NCBI GenBank assembly: GCA_963767925.1 | Contig: CAVYGB010000004.1 | Span: 32,001 to 96,000, forward strand | Reading direction: 5' to 3' | Length of the DNA: 64,000 nucleotides | Origin: an uncultured delta proteobacterium | GTDB lineage: Bacteria; Myxococcota_A; Polyangia; Fen-1088 | In this document: positions 1 to 9,114 of the stretch, piece by piece | Numbering within the stretch: position 1 is the first letter of the stretch | Layout: every line of letters starts with the position of its first letter | Program-made: the position numbers and the translations under genes | The notes under the pieces: model-generated | What the model was told of the DNA's origin: nothing | Databases searched by the model: none | Seen by the model: only the letters and a program-made list of their open reading frames with translations

Positions 1-19
1 CTATCATGAGCCCCGGGCC

Positions 20-607
20 ATGCCCCGCCTTTTCGTCGCCCTCGACCTGGCTCCCTCGCCCCGCGCGGCGCTCGCCGCCCTGTGCGCGGGGATCCCTGCT
101 GCGCGCTGGGTGCCGCCCGAGCAGCTCCACGTCACCTTGCGCTTCCTCGGCCAGGTCGCCGACGATCGGGTGGCCGGCTTGCAGGCGGCGCTCGCCGGGG
201 TGGGGGCGGCCGGCTTTCAGGTGGAGGTGCGCGGCGTGGGCCTGTTTCCGCCCGCTCCCACGCGGCGCAAGCCGGCGCGCGTCCTGTGGGCGGGCCTCGA
301 CCCGACCGCGCCGGTCGCCGCGCTGAAGGTCGCGGTCGACGCCGCCCTCGCGCCGGTGGTGGGGCCCGATCCCGAGGCGGCGGAGCGCGCGTTTTCGCCG
401 CACGTGACGCTGGCCCGCTTCAAGGATCCGCCCGAGCCGACCGCGCTGGCCGACTTTCTCGCCCGGCACCGCGCCCTGGCGAGCGCGGCCTTCGCCGTCG
501 CGGCGTTCACTCTGTACCAGAGCCGCACTTCGCCCGCGGGCTCGGTCTACACCGCTCTGGCGCGCTACCCGCTGGCCGGTGCGAGCGGGGCAGGCGGGCG
601 CGGATGA
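20..607 (+). CDS. thpR: RNA 2',3'-cyclic phosphodiesterase (2H family)
   Basis: N-terminal RLFVAL; two HxT motifs (LHVTLRFLG, PHVTLAR); C-terminal LYQS...GSVYT. Confidence 0.92.
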   Translation: MPRLFVALDLAPSPRAALAALCAGIPAARWVPPEQLHVTLRFLGQVADDRVAGLQAALAGVGAAGFQVEVRGVGLFPPAPTRRKPARVLWAGLDPTAPVAALKVAVDAALAPVVGPDPEAAERAFSPHVTLARFKDPPEPTALADFLARHRALASAAFAVAAFTLYQSRTSPAGSVYTALARYPLAGASGAGGRG

Positions 608-1097
608 GCTGGCGGGCGCGCAGCAGGCGGGTGCCGACGGTGCCGAGGGGGATGCCCAGGCGCGCGCTGATCTGCTGGTAGGGCAGCTTCTCGATGGCCC
701 ACAGCCAGAAGGTCTCGCCGAGGGCGGGGGGCAGCTCGCCGGCGATCTGGCGCAGGTCGCGCCGGTCGAGATCGGGCGGGGCCGGCTCCTCGTCGCCGGG
801 GGGCGGCACCGCGGCGGGGCCGAGGGCGGCGTAGGCCTCGTGCAGGTCGCGTCGGCGGCGGTGGCGGCGGGTCTCGTCCACCGCCAGCCGGTAGAGCACG
901 GTGCGCATCCAGGCGGTGGCGCTGCCCCCGGAGGGGAAGCGCTCGCAGGCGGTCATCGCCCGCAGCGCCGCCTCCTGCAGGAGGTCGTCGGCGCCGGCCT
1001 GGTCGCGCGACCAGCGCCGGGCCACCGCCCGCAAGGCGGTCATCGCCTCGGCCACCTCGGCCCCTCTCCCCTTCTCTGCCCGCGGCGCGAGCCGCAT
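507..1097 (-). CDS. ECF RNA polymerase sigma-70 factor
   Basis: Region 2 (ADDLLQEA...AWMRTVLYRLAVDE) and region 4 (LPYQQISARLGIPLGTVGTRLLRAR); start uncertain (1097, 1115 or 1148); 3' end overlaps thpR. Confidence 0.85.
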   Translation of the reverse strand: MRLAPRAEKGRGAEVAEAMTALRAVARRWSRDQAGADDLLQEAALRAMTACERFPSGGSATAWMRTVLYRLAVDETRRHRRRRDLHEAYAALGPAAVPPPGDEEPAPPDLDRRDLRQIAGELPPALGETFWLWAIEKLPYQQISARLGIPLGTVGTRLLRARQLIRARLPRSHRPAGSAPERCRPSPRAKCGSGTE

Positions 1098-1212
1098 CGA
1101 ACATGCGTTGGACATGACACCACTCCCGCTTGCCGGTCCTGATTCCACGACGGCGTTACGGGGAGGAGGTGCGCGGGAGCGGTCGACCGTTACAGCGAAA
1201 TCGACAGGCCCG

Positions 1213-3765
1213 TCACAGCGAGCTGCGCAGGCGCGGCTCGCCGGTGGCGCCGGGGCCGAGGTAGGCCTGGAAGGCGGCCCAGTGGTAGGGCGTGCGCCAG
1301 GGGCCGGTCGATCGCAGCAGGCCGAGCTGGGCGGTGCGCAGGGCGACGGCGGGGTCGGCGCCGCGGGCGATCTCGGCGTACATGTGGTCCATCAGCGCGG
1401 CGGTCGAGGGGTCGGCCACGTCCCACAGGCCGGCCACCACCTGGCGGGCGCCCGCGCTGAGAAAACCCCAGGCGAAGCCGACCAGCCCCTCGCCCGAATA
1501 GGCCCGGGCCCCCGCGCCCCGGCAGGCCGAGACGGTGACCAGGTCGGCGGCCAGCGGGACGCGGAGCACGTCGCGCACCGAGAGGCGGTGGCCGCTGACT
1601 CCCCGGGACAGCACGATGGTCGAGTCGAGCGGGCTGGCCGGGTTGGCCACCGCGTGGGCGGCGAAGTGCACGATGGAGAAGCGGTGGGGATCGCTCTCCC
1701 GGTAGGCCTCGGGGCGGGCCTGGCTGCCGGCGAGGGTGGTGACCGCGGCGGCGCCGAAGTGCTGGCGGAGGGCGGCGAGCTCGCGGCCGGCGTGGGGCAG
1801 GCGGGGAAACTCCGGGCCCGAAGCCTCGGGATCGCCGATGGCCAGCAGGCTGGGGGCGCCGGCGGGGCGGGCGCTGGCCTGGGCGCCGCTGTCTTGGTCG
1901 CCGCTGTGGCCGGCGATGGCGGTCAGCGAGGGGGCCAGCAGCAGGCTCACCTCCTCGATCCAGAAGCGGGGCGGGTCGCCCGGGACAACGAGGGCGCCGA
2001 AGGGGACGGCGTGCAGGGGGCCGTCGGCGGCGATCACGACCTTCGATCCGGGCGGAACCTGCGCGGCCAGCGGGCGCACCACGAGATCGTAGAGGGCCTG
2101 GGCGGGGGAGCGGGCGAGGGTGCGGGGGTCGCGCAGGCTCTGCTCGATGAAGGTGCGGTAGGCCTCGACGGCGCGGGTCAGCTCCCGCTCGGGCGGCAGG
2201 TGGTGCAGGTGCGCGCCGCGGGGGTCGACCACCCAGGCGTAGGAGCGTTCGGGCCCCACCCAGTAGGAGATGAAGACCTCGCCCCGGCGGCGGGAGCGCA
2301 GCCGGGGCTCGGCGGCGCCGGGGCGGGCCGGACGGTCGGGCTTGCCCAGCCGCTCGGACAGGACGCGGGCCCGCGCCAGCTCCACCGCGGCGAGGGCCTC
2401 GTCGATGCGGCCGCGCTGGATCAACCACTCGACGTGGGCCCGGTGCAGGCCGATCAGGCGGTGCAGGAAGGTGAGCCGGTGCTCGACGCCGCCGAGGTCG
2501 GCGCGCGCCTCCTCGATGTCGGCCAGCGCCTGGCCGAAGGCGCGTTCGGCCTCGGCGTGACGGCCCTGGGCGGCATAGATCCCGGCCAGCTCGGCCCGGG
2601 CCACCCAGCGGATGCCCTTGCGGTCGGCCACCTGGGCCAGCAGATGGAGGAACAGGCGCTCGGCCCGGGCCAGATCGCCCCGGCCGCGAGCGATGGCCGC
2701 GTCGTTGAGCGCGACGTAGTGGAGCTGATCGGCCCGGCCGTCTTGCCGCCAGAGCTGGCCGGCCTCGCCGTTGAAGCGGCTGGCCGCCTCCCAGCTCTCG
2801 AGGGCCACGTGGGCCGAGGCGAGGTTGCTGGCCCAGCGGGCGGCAGCGCGGGGCTCGTGTTGCCGGGCCAGGGCCAGCGCCCGCTCGAAGTGGGCGGCGG
2901 CCTGCTGCCAGTCGCCGGCGAGGTAGTAGCTGTTGCCCAGCGATCCCAGGGTGTCGGGCAGGCTGGCGTGAAGGGGCAGCCGCTGCTGGATGGCGGCGGC
3001 CTCCTCCAGCAGGCGGCGCGAGCGCTCGAAGTCGCCCAGGCGGTAGTGGCAGATGCCGGCGTTGAGCAGGGCGCGCGCGGTGAGGGCCTCGGCCCCCAGG
3101 CGGCGCGCGTCGGCCAGCGCGGGCTCGAGGAAGGTGAGGGCCTCCACCCAGCGCTCGCGCTTGAGGGCGAGAAAGCCGAGGGTGATCAGCGCGGCCGCCC
3201 GCCAGCGGGCGCCCTCGGGGGCTGCCGTCTCCATGTCGATGACCGCCCGGCTGCGGGCCTCGGCCTCGGGGTAGCGCCCCTGCTCGGCCAGCAGGGTGGC
3301 CTGGCGGTAGGTGATCTCGATGGGCAGGGCGGGGGCGGTGGCGGCCCGGGCCAGCCGGGCGGCGCTCTGGTAGCGGCGGTCGGCCTCGGCCCGATCGCGC
3401 AGGCGGGCGGCGGTCTGCCCCAGGACCTTCTCTCGCCGGGCCTCCAGCTCCCCGCCGGTCAGCGGGGCGGGCAGCGGCTCGGCCAGGGCCTGGCGGGCGG
3501 CCGGGGCCTGGCCCAGCTCGACGAGGACCTCGGCCTCCAGCAGGCGCAGGCGCCAGCCGCGGGCGTCGAGGGGGTCGACCTGCTTGCGGTCGAGGGCCTG
3601 GCGCACGTGGGCCCGGGCGGCGACAACGCGGCCGCTCTGAGCCAGCGCCTCGGCCTCGACGTATGCCTTGTCGAGGTCGACCCCGCCGCAGGCGGCGGTC
3701 AGGGCGGCGGCGAGCGCCAGCAGCACGTGGGCGGAGAGCGCCCCGATCGGGCTGCGGGGCCGCAT
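1213..3765 (-). CDS. TPR-CHAT (caspase-like, clan CD) protease, predicted lipoprotein
   Basis: Hydrophobic leader ending LTAAC; TPR-like helical repeats; CHAT motifs DGPLHAVPF, VHFAAHA (His), LVTVSAC (Cys), GEGLVG, LWDVAD, PYHWAAF. Confidence 0.92.
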   Translation of the reverse strand: MRPRSPIGALSAHVLLALAAALTAACGGVDLDKAYVEAEALAQSGRVVAARAHVRQALDRKQVDPLDARGWRLRLLEAEVLVELGQAPAARQALAEPLPAPLTGGELEARREKVLGQTAARLRDRAEADRRYQSAARLARAATAPALPIEITYRQATLLAEQGRYPEAEARSRAVIDMETAAPEGARWRAAALITLGFLALKRERWVEALTFLEPALADARRLGAEALTARALLNAGICHYRLGDFERSRRLLEEAAAIQQRLPLHASLPDTLGSLGNSYYLAGDWQQAAAHFERALALARQHEPRAAARWASNLASAHVALESWEAASRFNGEAGQLWRQDGRADQLHYVALNDAAIARGRGDLARAERLFLHLLAQVADRKGIRWVARAELAGIYAAQGRHAEAERAFGQALADIEEARADLGGVEHRLTFLHRLIGLHRAHVEWLIQRGRIDEALAAVELARARVLSERLGKPDRPARPGAAEPRLRSRRRGEVFISYWVGPERSYAWVVDPRGAHLHHLPPERELTRAVEAYRTFIEQSLRDPRTLARSPAQALYDLVVRPLAAQVPPGSKVVIAADGPLHAVPFGALVVPGDPPRFWIEEVSLLLAPSLTAIAGHSGDQDSGAQASARPAGAPSLLAIGDPEASGPEFPRLPHAGRELAALRQHFGAAAVTTLAGSQARPEAYRESDPHRFSIVHFAAHAVANPASPLDSTIVLSRGVSGHRLSVRDVLRVPLAADLVTVSACRGAGARAYSGEGLVGFAWGFLSAGARQVVAGLWDVADPSTAALMDHMYAEIARGADPAVALRTAQLGLLRSTGPWRTPYHWAAFQAYLGPGATGEPRLRSSL

Positions 3766-3769
3766 CGTT

Positions 3770-4636
3770 TCAGACTCCGTCTGAGCCGCCGAACACTGGC
3801 TGTCCGTTGTCGTCGACGTCGCCCATCACGGCGCTGCCGTCGGCGGGGCAGCCGAGCTGGATCCGGATCAGCGTCAGGCGGCGCGAGTCGGGATCGATCA
3901 GCATCTCGCCGAAGTAGACCTGACCGATCTCCGGGAGGTACGCCCCGTTGGAGCGCCGCTTGCCGCCGCGCTGCTCGACGATGGTGTGGCCGCCCCACTT
4001 CAGGCTTCTGACGATGTGCAGGGCGATCCGCTTGCCGGCCGCGGCGGAGTCGCCCTTCTGCAGGCGGGAGTGGGGCAGGAGGTACGACTCTCCCTCGCCG
4101 CTGTTCACGAAGTCGACGACCTGCTCGTAGGTGTCGTCCTTGCGGAACAGGTCGGGCGCGAGCTCGAGCTCGAGCGGCTCGTCCTGGAAGGCCACGCCCT
4201 CGAGCACCGGGCGCGCGAGGGTGAAGCGTTCGGGGGCGCTGGGGGTGGTGCGCGAGGCGAGGGAGGTGATCTCGGCCGAGCACTGCTGGATCGAGAGCTT
4301 CTCGAACAGCCCGAGGTAGACGTCGGCCGTGCTGGCGGCGGCGCGGGTGGTGACCTGCTCGTCGGCGAGGCGGAGGCTCACCTCGGCCCGGGCCCAGGCG
4401 CAGGAGGCGAGGGACTGGCCCCGGTACATCGTGTTGAGCCGGGTGCGGGTCGTGGAGGCGCGGCCTCCGTTGAGGGGCAGCGAGCAGGAGACCCCATCGA
4501 GGGGGACGTTCACGGGCAGGTGGGCGTCGCGGCCGGGGCGATCGGCCACCCGGTCGACGTGGCCGGCGAGGGCGACGGCGCTGGCGTGGCCGAGGTACGG
4601 CGGCGAGGCGTACTGCCGGGGATTCTTCTTGCTCAC
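3770..4636 (-). CDS. Uncharacterised beta-rich protein (loosely resembles choice-of-anchor P-like proteins)
   Basis: 288-aa ORF with normal codon usage and AAGGGG RBS; ends 4 bp before the CHAT start; family resemblance is from memory only. Confidence 0.7.
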   Translation of the reverse strand: MSKKNPRQYASPPYLGHASAVALAGHVDRVADRPGRDAHLPVNVPLDGVSCSLPLNGGRASTTRTRLNTMYRGQSLASCAWARAEVSLRLADEQVTTRAAASTADVYLGLFEKLSIQQCSAEITSLASRTTPSAPERFTLARPVLEGVAFQDEPLELELAPDLFRKDDTYEQVVDFVNSGEGESYLLPHSRLQKGDSAAAGKRIALHIVRSLKWGGHTIVEQRGGKRRSNGAYLPEIGQVYFGEMLIDPDSRRLTLIRIQLGCPADGSAVMGDVDDNGQPVFGGSDGV

Positions 4637-4669
4637 GGGGCACCCCTTCGTTCAGGTCGGGGTTCGCGC

Positions 4670-5413
4670 TCAGGGTCGGGTGAGCGCGAACGGGTAGGCC
4701 ACTTGCTCGAACGTCCGACCGGTGGTTTGTTCCATCGTCGGGACGGAAATCACGAGGTGGTACCGACCCGGGGCCAGCCTCGCGACAGGGAGCTGGATCA
4801 GGAGCGGCTCGCCCGCGCCGGGCGGCGCGAGGTCGAAGGGCGCGAGCACCGCGTGACCCGCGCCATCGCGCAGCTCGCCCCGAAGGGTCGACGCGTCCGG
4901 CTGGTCGGGCGGCAGCTCGAGGGCCAGGGTCAGCGTGCGGTCGTGAGGGCCGAGGGCGATGAGACGGCCCTCGCCGCGGGTGAGCGGGCGCAGGACGAAG
5001 GGGGAGACGGTGCGCGGCGACTCCAGGCCGGCGATCTCCTGGCGCAGCTCGGGGATCACCCCGAAGCGCTGGTGGGCGGCGAGCGCGATGAGGGGCAGCG
5101 CGGCCAGCGCGGCCGCGCGCACCGCGAAGCCGCGCAGGCTGGCGGGCAACCTGCGTCGCCGCGCCGGCGCCGCGACGCTCGGACCGGGGGCGGGGCGTCC
5201 GGCTCCAGCGAGGATCGCGCGCGCGCCGTCGACGAAGGCCGACGCGGCGAGCACGTCCTCGGCGCAGGTGGGGCACTCGAAGTAGTGGACCTCGAAGTCA
5301 GCGCGCTCGGCCTCGGTCAGCTCGCCGAGGACGTAACGCTCGGCCAGCGCGGGGTGGGCGGCGGGGTCGTGCGACATGGGTGCCGCTGGAGGAGGTGTTC
5401 CGTCACCCGGCAT
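4670..5413 (-). CDS. zf-HC2 (ZAS) membrane-anchored anti-sigma factor
   Basis: ERYVLGEL...FEVHYFECPTC (HxxxCxxC), one hydrophobic helix, C-terminal beta domain; directly downstream of an ECF sigma; alternative start 5377. Confidence 0.88.
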   Translation of the reverse strand: MPGDGTPPPAAPMSHDPAAHPALAERYVLGELTEAERADFEVHYFECPTCAEDVLAASAFVDGARAILAGAGRPAPGPSVAAPARRRRLPASLRGFAVRAAALAALPLIALAAHQRFGVIPELRQEIAGLESPRTVSPFVLRPLTRGEGRLIALGPHDRTLTLALELPPDQPDASTLRGELRDGAGHAVLAPFDLAPPGAGEPLLIQLPVARLAPGRYHLVISVPTMEQTTGRTFEQVAYPFALTRP

Positions 5414-5507
5414 CGTTACAGCCCTCGCATAAAATGGCGCCGGGCACCGGGGGTCACCCGGTTGCCCGCGGTCGGATTCGCACCCATCGCGCTTCCATCC
5501 AGCTCCC

Positions 5508-6089
5508 TCACCGCGGCTCCTCGACCTGAGCGCCGCCGGCCAGCAGCTTGCCGAAGCGGCGCCGGGCCCGGTGCAGCAGCACCCGCAGATGATCGCGGGT
5601 GACGCCGAAGCGCCGGCAGACGGCGTCCTTGTCCGAGTCGAGCAGCAGCACCAGCTCGAGGATCTCCCGGTCGCGGGCGGGCAGGGCGTCGAGCACCACC
5701 CGGGCGGCCTCCAGCGACCGGCGGGCGCCGGCCCGGGCCTCGGGGTCGTCGGGGGAGCGCTGCTCGAGGCGGGCCGCCTCGACCGGTTGCAGGCGGGCGG
5801 CGCTGCGGGTGGTCTCGCGCAGCACGTTTTCGCACACCCCGATCACGAAGGCGCTGAAGCGGTCGCTCTCACGCAGGCTGCCAGAGCGGACGGCCGTCAG
5901 GACGCGGGTGAAGGTCTCCTGCACGACGTCCCGCACGCGATCCTCGGGGAAGCTGCGCCGGCGGGTGCGCACCAGGGCGCTCAGCAGTCGGCCGTAGTGC
6001 TCGCCGAAGTGGCGTTCGGTGGCGGCGTCACGTTCGGCCAGGCGTTGCAGGTAGTCGCCGCCGCTGTTGCTGTTGGCCTCCGGGGTCAC
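5508..6089 (-). CDS. ECF RNA polymerase sigma-70 factor
   Basis: DVVQETFTRVL, FVIGVCENVLRE, LPARDREIL, HLRVLLHRARRRF. Confidence 0.9.
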   Translation of the reverse strand: MTPEANSNSGGDYLQRLAERDAATERHFGEHYGRLLSALVRTRRRSFPEDRVRDVVQETFTRVLTAVRSGSLRESDRFSAFVIGVCENVLRETTRSAARLQPVEAARLEQRSPDDPEARAGARRSLEAARVVLDALPARDREILELVLLLDSDKDAVCRRFGVTRDHLRVLLHRARRRFGKLLAGGAQVEEPR

Positions 6090-6183
6090 CGAGCGGCGGC
6101 ATCATCCGGGGGCGCGGCGCACCTGTCAATCGACGGTGGGCCTCGGTCTGGCGGCGGGGCGGCGGGGCGCCGGGCGGGCGCCG

Positions 6184-6220
6184 AAAAAAGCAAAACCCCC
6201 GCGGCTTGCGACCGCGAGGG
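6184..6220 (-). terminator. Rho-independent terminator of the pilin gene
   Basis: Minus strand CCCTCGCGG-loop-CCGCGGGGG followed by TTTTGCTTTTTT, about 35 bp after the pilin stop. Confidence 0.85.
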
Positions 6221-6253
6221 CTAGCTGCTCACCCGGTGGTGAGCGTCGCTCGA

Positions 6254-6793
6254 TTACTCGAGCTCGTTGGTGACCGTCGGGGCGGTGCCGCCGGTGACGT
6301 CGCCGCTGGTGGCGTTGATGAAGCCCAGGCGGACGAAGGTCGAGCGGGTGTCGTCGCAGTCGAGGTCGCCGGTGGCGCCCGCGGTGAAGTCCGAGGCCGA
6401 GTTCGTGCCGGTCGAGATGTAGGTAGGGTAGTAGTTGTACGGATCGGGCAGAGAGAAGTTCAGGGCGATGAAGCCGGCGTGGTTGTAGCGGGCGTCGTTG
6501 CCGGCGCACTTGGCGGCGGCGCCGGTGCAGCAGTCCGTGGTGCCCTCTACCACGCCGTCCGCGGTCGGGAACTGGCGAGCGGTCGTGCCGGCGCCCTGGT
6601 CACCTTCGTAGTAGGCGACCGATCCCTGCCACAGCTTGTTCAGGTGGCCGGCGGCCTCCGCCGTACGGGACTTCTTCACGTAGCGTGAGAAGGCCGGGAT
6701 GGCGATGGCGGCCAGGATGCCGATGATGGCGACGACAATCATCAACTCGACGAGCGTGAAACCTGCGTTCTTCTTGCGTGCTTGTTTGGTCAT
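6254..6793 (-). CDS. pilA: Type IVa major pilin
   Basis: Class III signal [44 protein letters not shown] before ATG 6793; deltaproteobacterial-type C-terminus GDLDCD...NELE. Confidence 0.9.
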   Translation of the reverse strand: MTKQARKKNAGFTLVELMIVVAIIGILAAIAIPAFSRYVKKSRTAEAAGHLNKLWQGSVAYYEGDQGAGTTARQFPTADGVVEGTTDCCTGAAAKCAGNDARYNHAGFIALNFSLPDPYNYYPTYISTGTNSASDFTAGATGDLDCDDTRSTFVRLGFINATSGDVTGGTAPTVTNELE

Positions 6794-6845
6794 TTTGTCC
6801 GTTCCCCCTTGATTCGGGGGCTCTTCGTCCCCCTGACCCGGAGAG

Positions 6846-6862
6846 TTGCAGCGGATGTGCCA
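6846..6862 (-). promoter_or_regulatory. sigma54 (-24/-12) promoter of pilA
   Basis: Minus strand TGGCACATCCGCTGCAA = GG-N10-GC, about 55 bp upstream of the pilin ATG. Confidence 0.8.
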
Positions 6863-6956
6863 GGTCGAGCGGGCCGCAGCGACGGTGCCCCGACGGCCAC
6901 CTCCGCCGCGGCGGTGCTCTTTGCGCTGCCGGCCGGCTCCACGGCCCGGCCGAGAA

Positions 6957-6974
6957 TTGTCATTTCCACGACAA
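6957..6974. promoter_or_regulatory. Candidate enhancer (PilR/NtrC-type) binding site
   Basis: Palindrome TTGTC-N8-GACAA about 95 bp upstream of the -24 box; another GACA-T-TGTC at 7115-7123. Confidence 0.45.
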
Positions 6975-7157
6975 CTTTTGGGTCGGGCGAGCTTCTTTCC
7001 GTCAGGACATGCTCCGTCTGAGGGGGAACCTGGGCGGCGCGGGCCCCTTCCCTCCCCGGTGTGGCCGCTGCGCCGGCGGGGGCCTACATCGCGTCCGGCG
7101 ATTGCTCGGGCGCCGACATTGTCAGGGTGGGGCAGCACCTGAGATATTGGAGGGGCG

Positions 7158-8828
7158 ATGGCTGAACGGATCTGGGTCAAGCGTTATCCCAAGGGCGTGT
7201 CGGCGGAGATCGACCCCGACAAGTACCGGTCCATCGTCCAGGTGTTCCGGGAAGCGTGCGACCGCTTCGCCAAGCGGCCCTGTTACACGAACCTGGGGGT
7301 GACGCTCACCTTCGCCGAGGTCGACGAGCTGAGCGCCGCGTTCGCCGCGTTCCTCAGCAAAGACCTGGGGCTGGTCAAGGGGGATCGCATCGGCCTGCAG
7401 ATGCCCAACCTCCTGCAGTATCCAGTGGCGCTGTTCGGGGCGCTGCGCGCGGGGCTGGTGGTGGTCAACACGAACCCGCTCTACACCCCGCGGGAGATGG
7501 AGCACCAGTACCGCGACTCCGGGGTCAAGGCGATCGTCATCCTGGCCAACTTCGCCCGCAACCTGCAGGAGGTGCTGCCGGGCCTGCGCCAGTCTGCGGG
7601 CGTGCAGCACGTGATCGTCACCCAGGTGGGAGACCTGTTCCCGGCTGCCAAGCGGATGCTGGTCAACGCCGCGGTCCGCTACATCAAGAAGATGGTCCCG
7701 GCCTACGACCTGCCGGGCGCGATCGACTTCCGCGACGCGCTGGCGCGCGGGCGGCGGCAGGGCGCCCAGCCCGACGTGGAGACCAGTGGGCAGGACGTCG
7801 CCTTCTTGCAATACACCGGCGGCACCACCGGCGTGTCCAAGGGGGCCATCCTCACCCACCGCAACGTCATCGCCAACATGGAGCAGTCGTCGGCCTGGAT
7901 GATCCCCCGCCTCAACCTGGGCGAGGAGGTCATCGTCACGCCGCTGCCGCTCTATCACATCTTCTCGCTGACCGTGAACTGCCTGCTGTTCCTGAAGATC
8001 GGCGCGGAGAACGTGCTCATCACCAACCCCCGGGACTACAAGGCGTTCATCGCCCTGCTGCGCAGCCAGCCCTTCACCGTGATGACAGTGGTGAGCACGC
8101 TGCTCAACGCGCTGATGAACCACCCCGACTTCGCCGGGATCGACCTGAGCCGGGCCAAGCTGATCGTGGCCGGGGCCATGGCCCTGCAGAAGCCGGTGGC
8201 CGAGCGCTGGCGCGAGCTGACCCGCACGACGGTGATCGAGGGCTACGGCTTGACCGAGGCCTCTCCGGTGCTGTGCTGCAACCCGGTCGACGGCAGCGAT
8301 CGCCTGGGGACCATCGGGCTGCCCTTCCCCTCGACCGACATCAAGCTGATGGGCGACGACGGGGTCGAGGCGCCGACCGGCCAGCCGGGCGAGCTCTGCG
8401 CGCGCGGCCCCCAGGTCATGCAGGGCTACTGGAACCGCCCCGAGGAGACCGCCCAGGTGCTGCGCGACGGCTGGCTGTGGACCGGCGACGTCGCCGTGAT
8501 GGAGCCCGACGGCTTCATGCGGATCGTCGACCGCAAGAAGGACATGATCCTCGTCTCGGGCTTCAACGTCTACCCCACCGAGGTGGAGGAGGTGGTGGCC
8601 CAGCACCCCAAGGTCGCCGAGTCCGGCGTCATCGGCGTGCCCGACGAGAAGTCCGGGGAGGCGGTCAAGGTGGTGGTCGTCCGCAAGCAGGACGACCTCA
8701 CCGCCGAGGAGCTGATCGCGTTCTGTCGCACGCGCCTGGCGGCCTACAAGGTCCCCCGCCACGTCGAGTTCCGCACCGAGCTGCCGAAGACCAACGTCGG
8801 CAAGGTCCTCCGCCGCGCTTTGCGCTAG
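7158..8828 (+). CDS. fadD: Long-chain-fatty-acid--CoA ligase
   Basis: [73 protein letters not shown]. Confidence 0.93.
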   Translation: MAERIWVKRYPKGVSAEIDPDKYRSIVQVFREACDRFAKRPCYTNLGVTLTFAEVDELSAAFAAFLSKDLGLVKGDRIGLQMPNLLQYPVALFGALRAGLVVVNTNPLYTPREMEHQYRDSGVKAIVILANFARNLQEVLPGLRQSAGVQHVIVTQVGDLFPAAKRMLVNAAVRYIKKMVPAYDLPGAIDFRDALARGRRQGAQPDVETSGQDVAFLQYTGGTTGVSKGAILTHRNVIANMEQSSAWMIPRLNLGEEVIVTPLPLYHIFSLTVNCLLFLKIGAENVLITNPRDYKAFIALLRSQPFTVMTVVSTLLNALMNHPDFAGIDLSRAKLIVAGAMALQKPVAERWRELTRTTVIEGYGLTEASPVLCCNPVDGSDRLGTIGLPFPSTDIKLMGDDGVEAPTGQPGELCARGPQVMQGYWNRPEETAQVLRDGWLWTGDVAVMEPDGFMRIVDRKKDMILVSGFNVYPTEVEEVVAQHPKVAESGVIGVPDEKSGEAVKVVVVRKQDDLTAEELIAFCRTRLAAYKVPRHVEFRTELPKTNVGKVLRRALR

Positions 8829-8880
8829 TAGACGTTCCCGAAAGTAGACGGGTTCGCTCGCTGCGGTCGGGCCCGGCTTG
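8825..8880 (+). repeat. Short palindromic repeat (REP/MITE-like), copy 1
   Basis: CTAG..GACGTTCCCGAAAGTAGACGGGTTCGCTCGCTGCGGTCGGGCCCGGC closely matches the reverse complement of 49378-49432. Confidence 0.55.
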
Positions 8881-9114
8881 CGTGCCGATCACTTGCCGGC
8901 GGTACCCCGCCTCGAACAGTCCCCCCGTCCCCGTCCTCCCGGCGACCGGCGTGCATCTGGCCCCCTCCCACAACTCGGGATCTCTCGAAGCCCCGACCGC
9001 CCCCCCTCGCCTACATCCGCCGCTCGCCGAACACCCTGACGACGTTGCACCCTCGCTTGAATCAGGGGTTCGGCCTCCCGGCCCCCCGGCGCGCCGGGCT
9101 GTTAAAATGCACGC

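Noticed and set aside
901..4011. 1036-aa plus-strand ORF and many similar long ORFs (e.g. 7122-8762, 16309-18135, 33532-35355, 41611-44136)
   Set aside because: Antisense or off-frame shadows of real genes, expected in very GC-rich DNA; Arg/Gly/Pro-rich with no motifs
1213..6089. Type III-E CRISPR (Craspase) or gasdermin locus
   Set aside because: No cas genes or repeat-spacer array, and no recognisable gasdermin features in the 288-aa protein; only the protease-sigma logic is analogous
6794..7180. 129-aa N-terminal extension of the pilin in the ORF track
   Set aside because: The RBS, sigma54 promoter and prepilin leader all indicate ATG 6793
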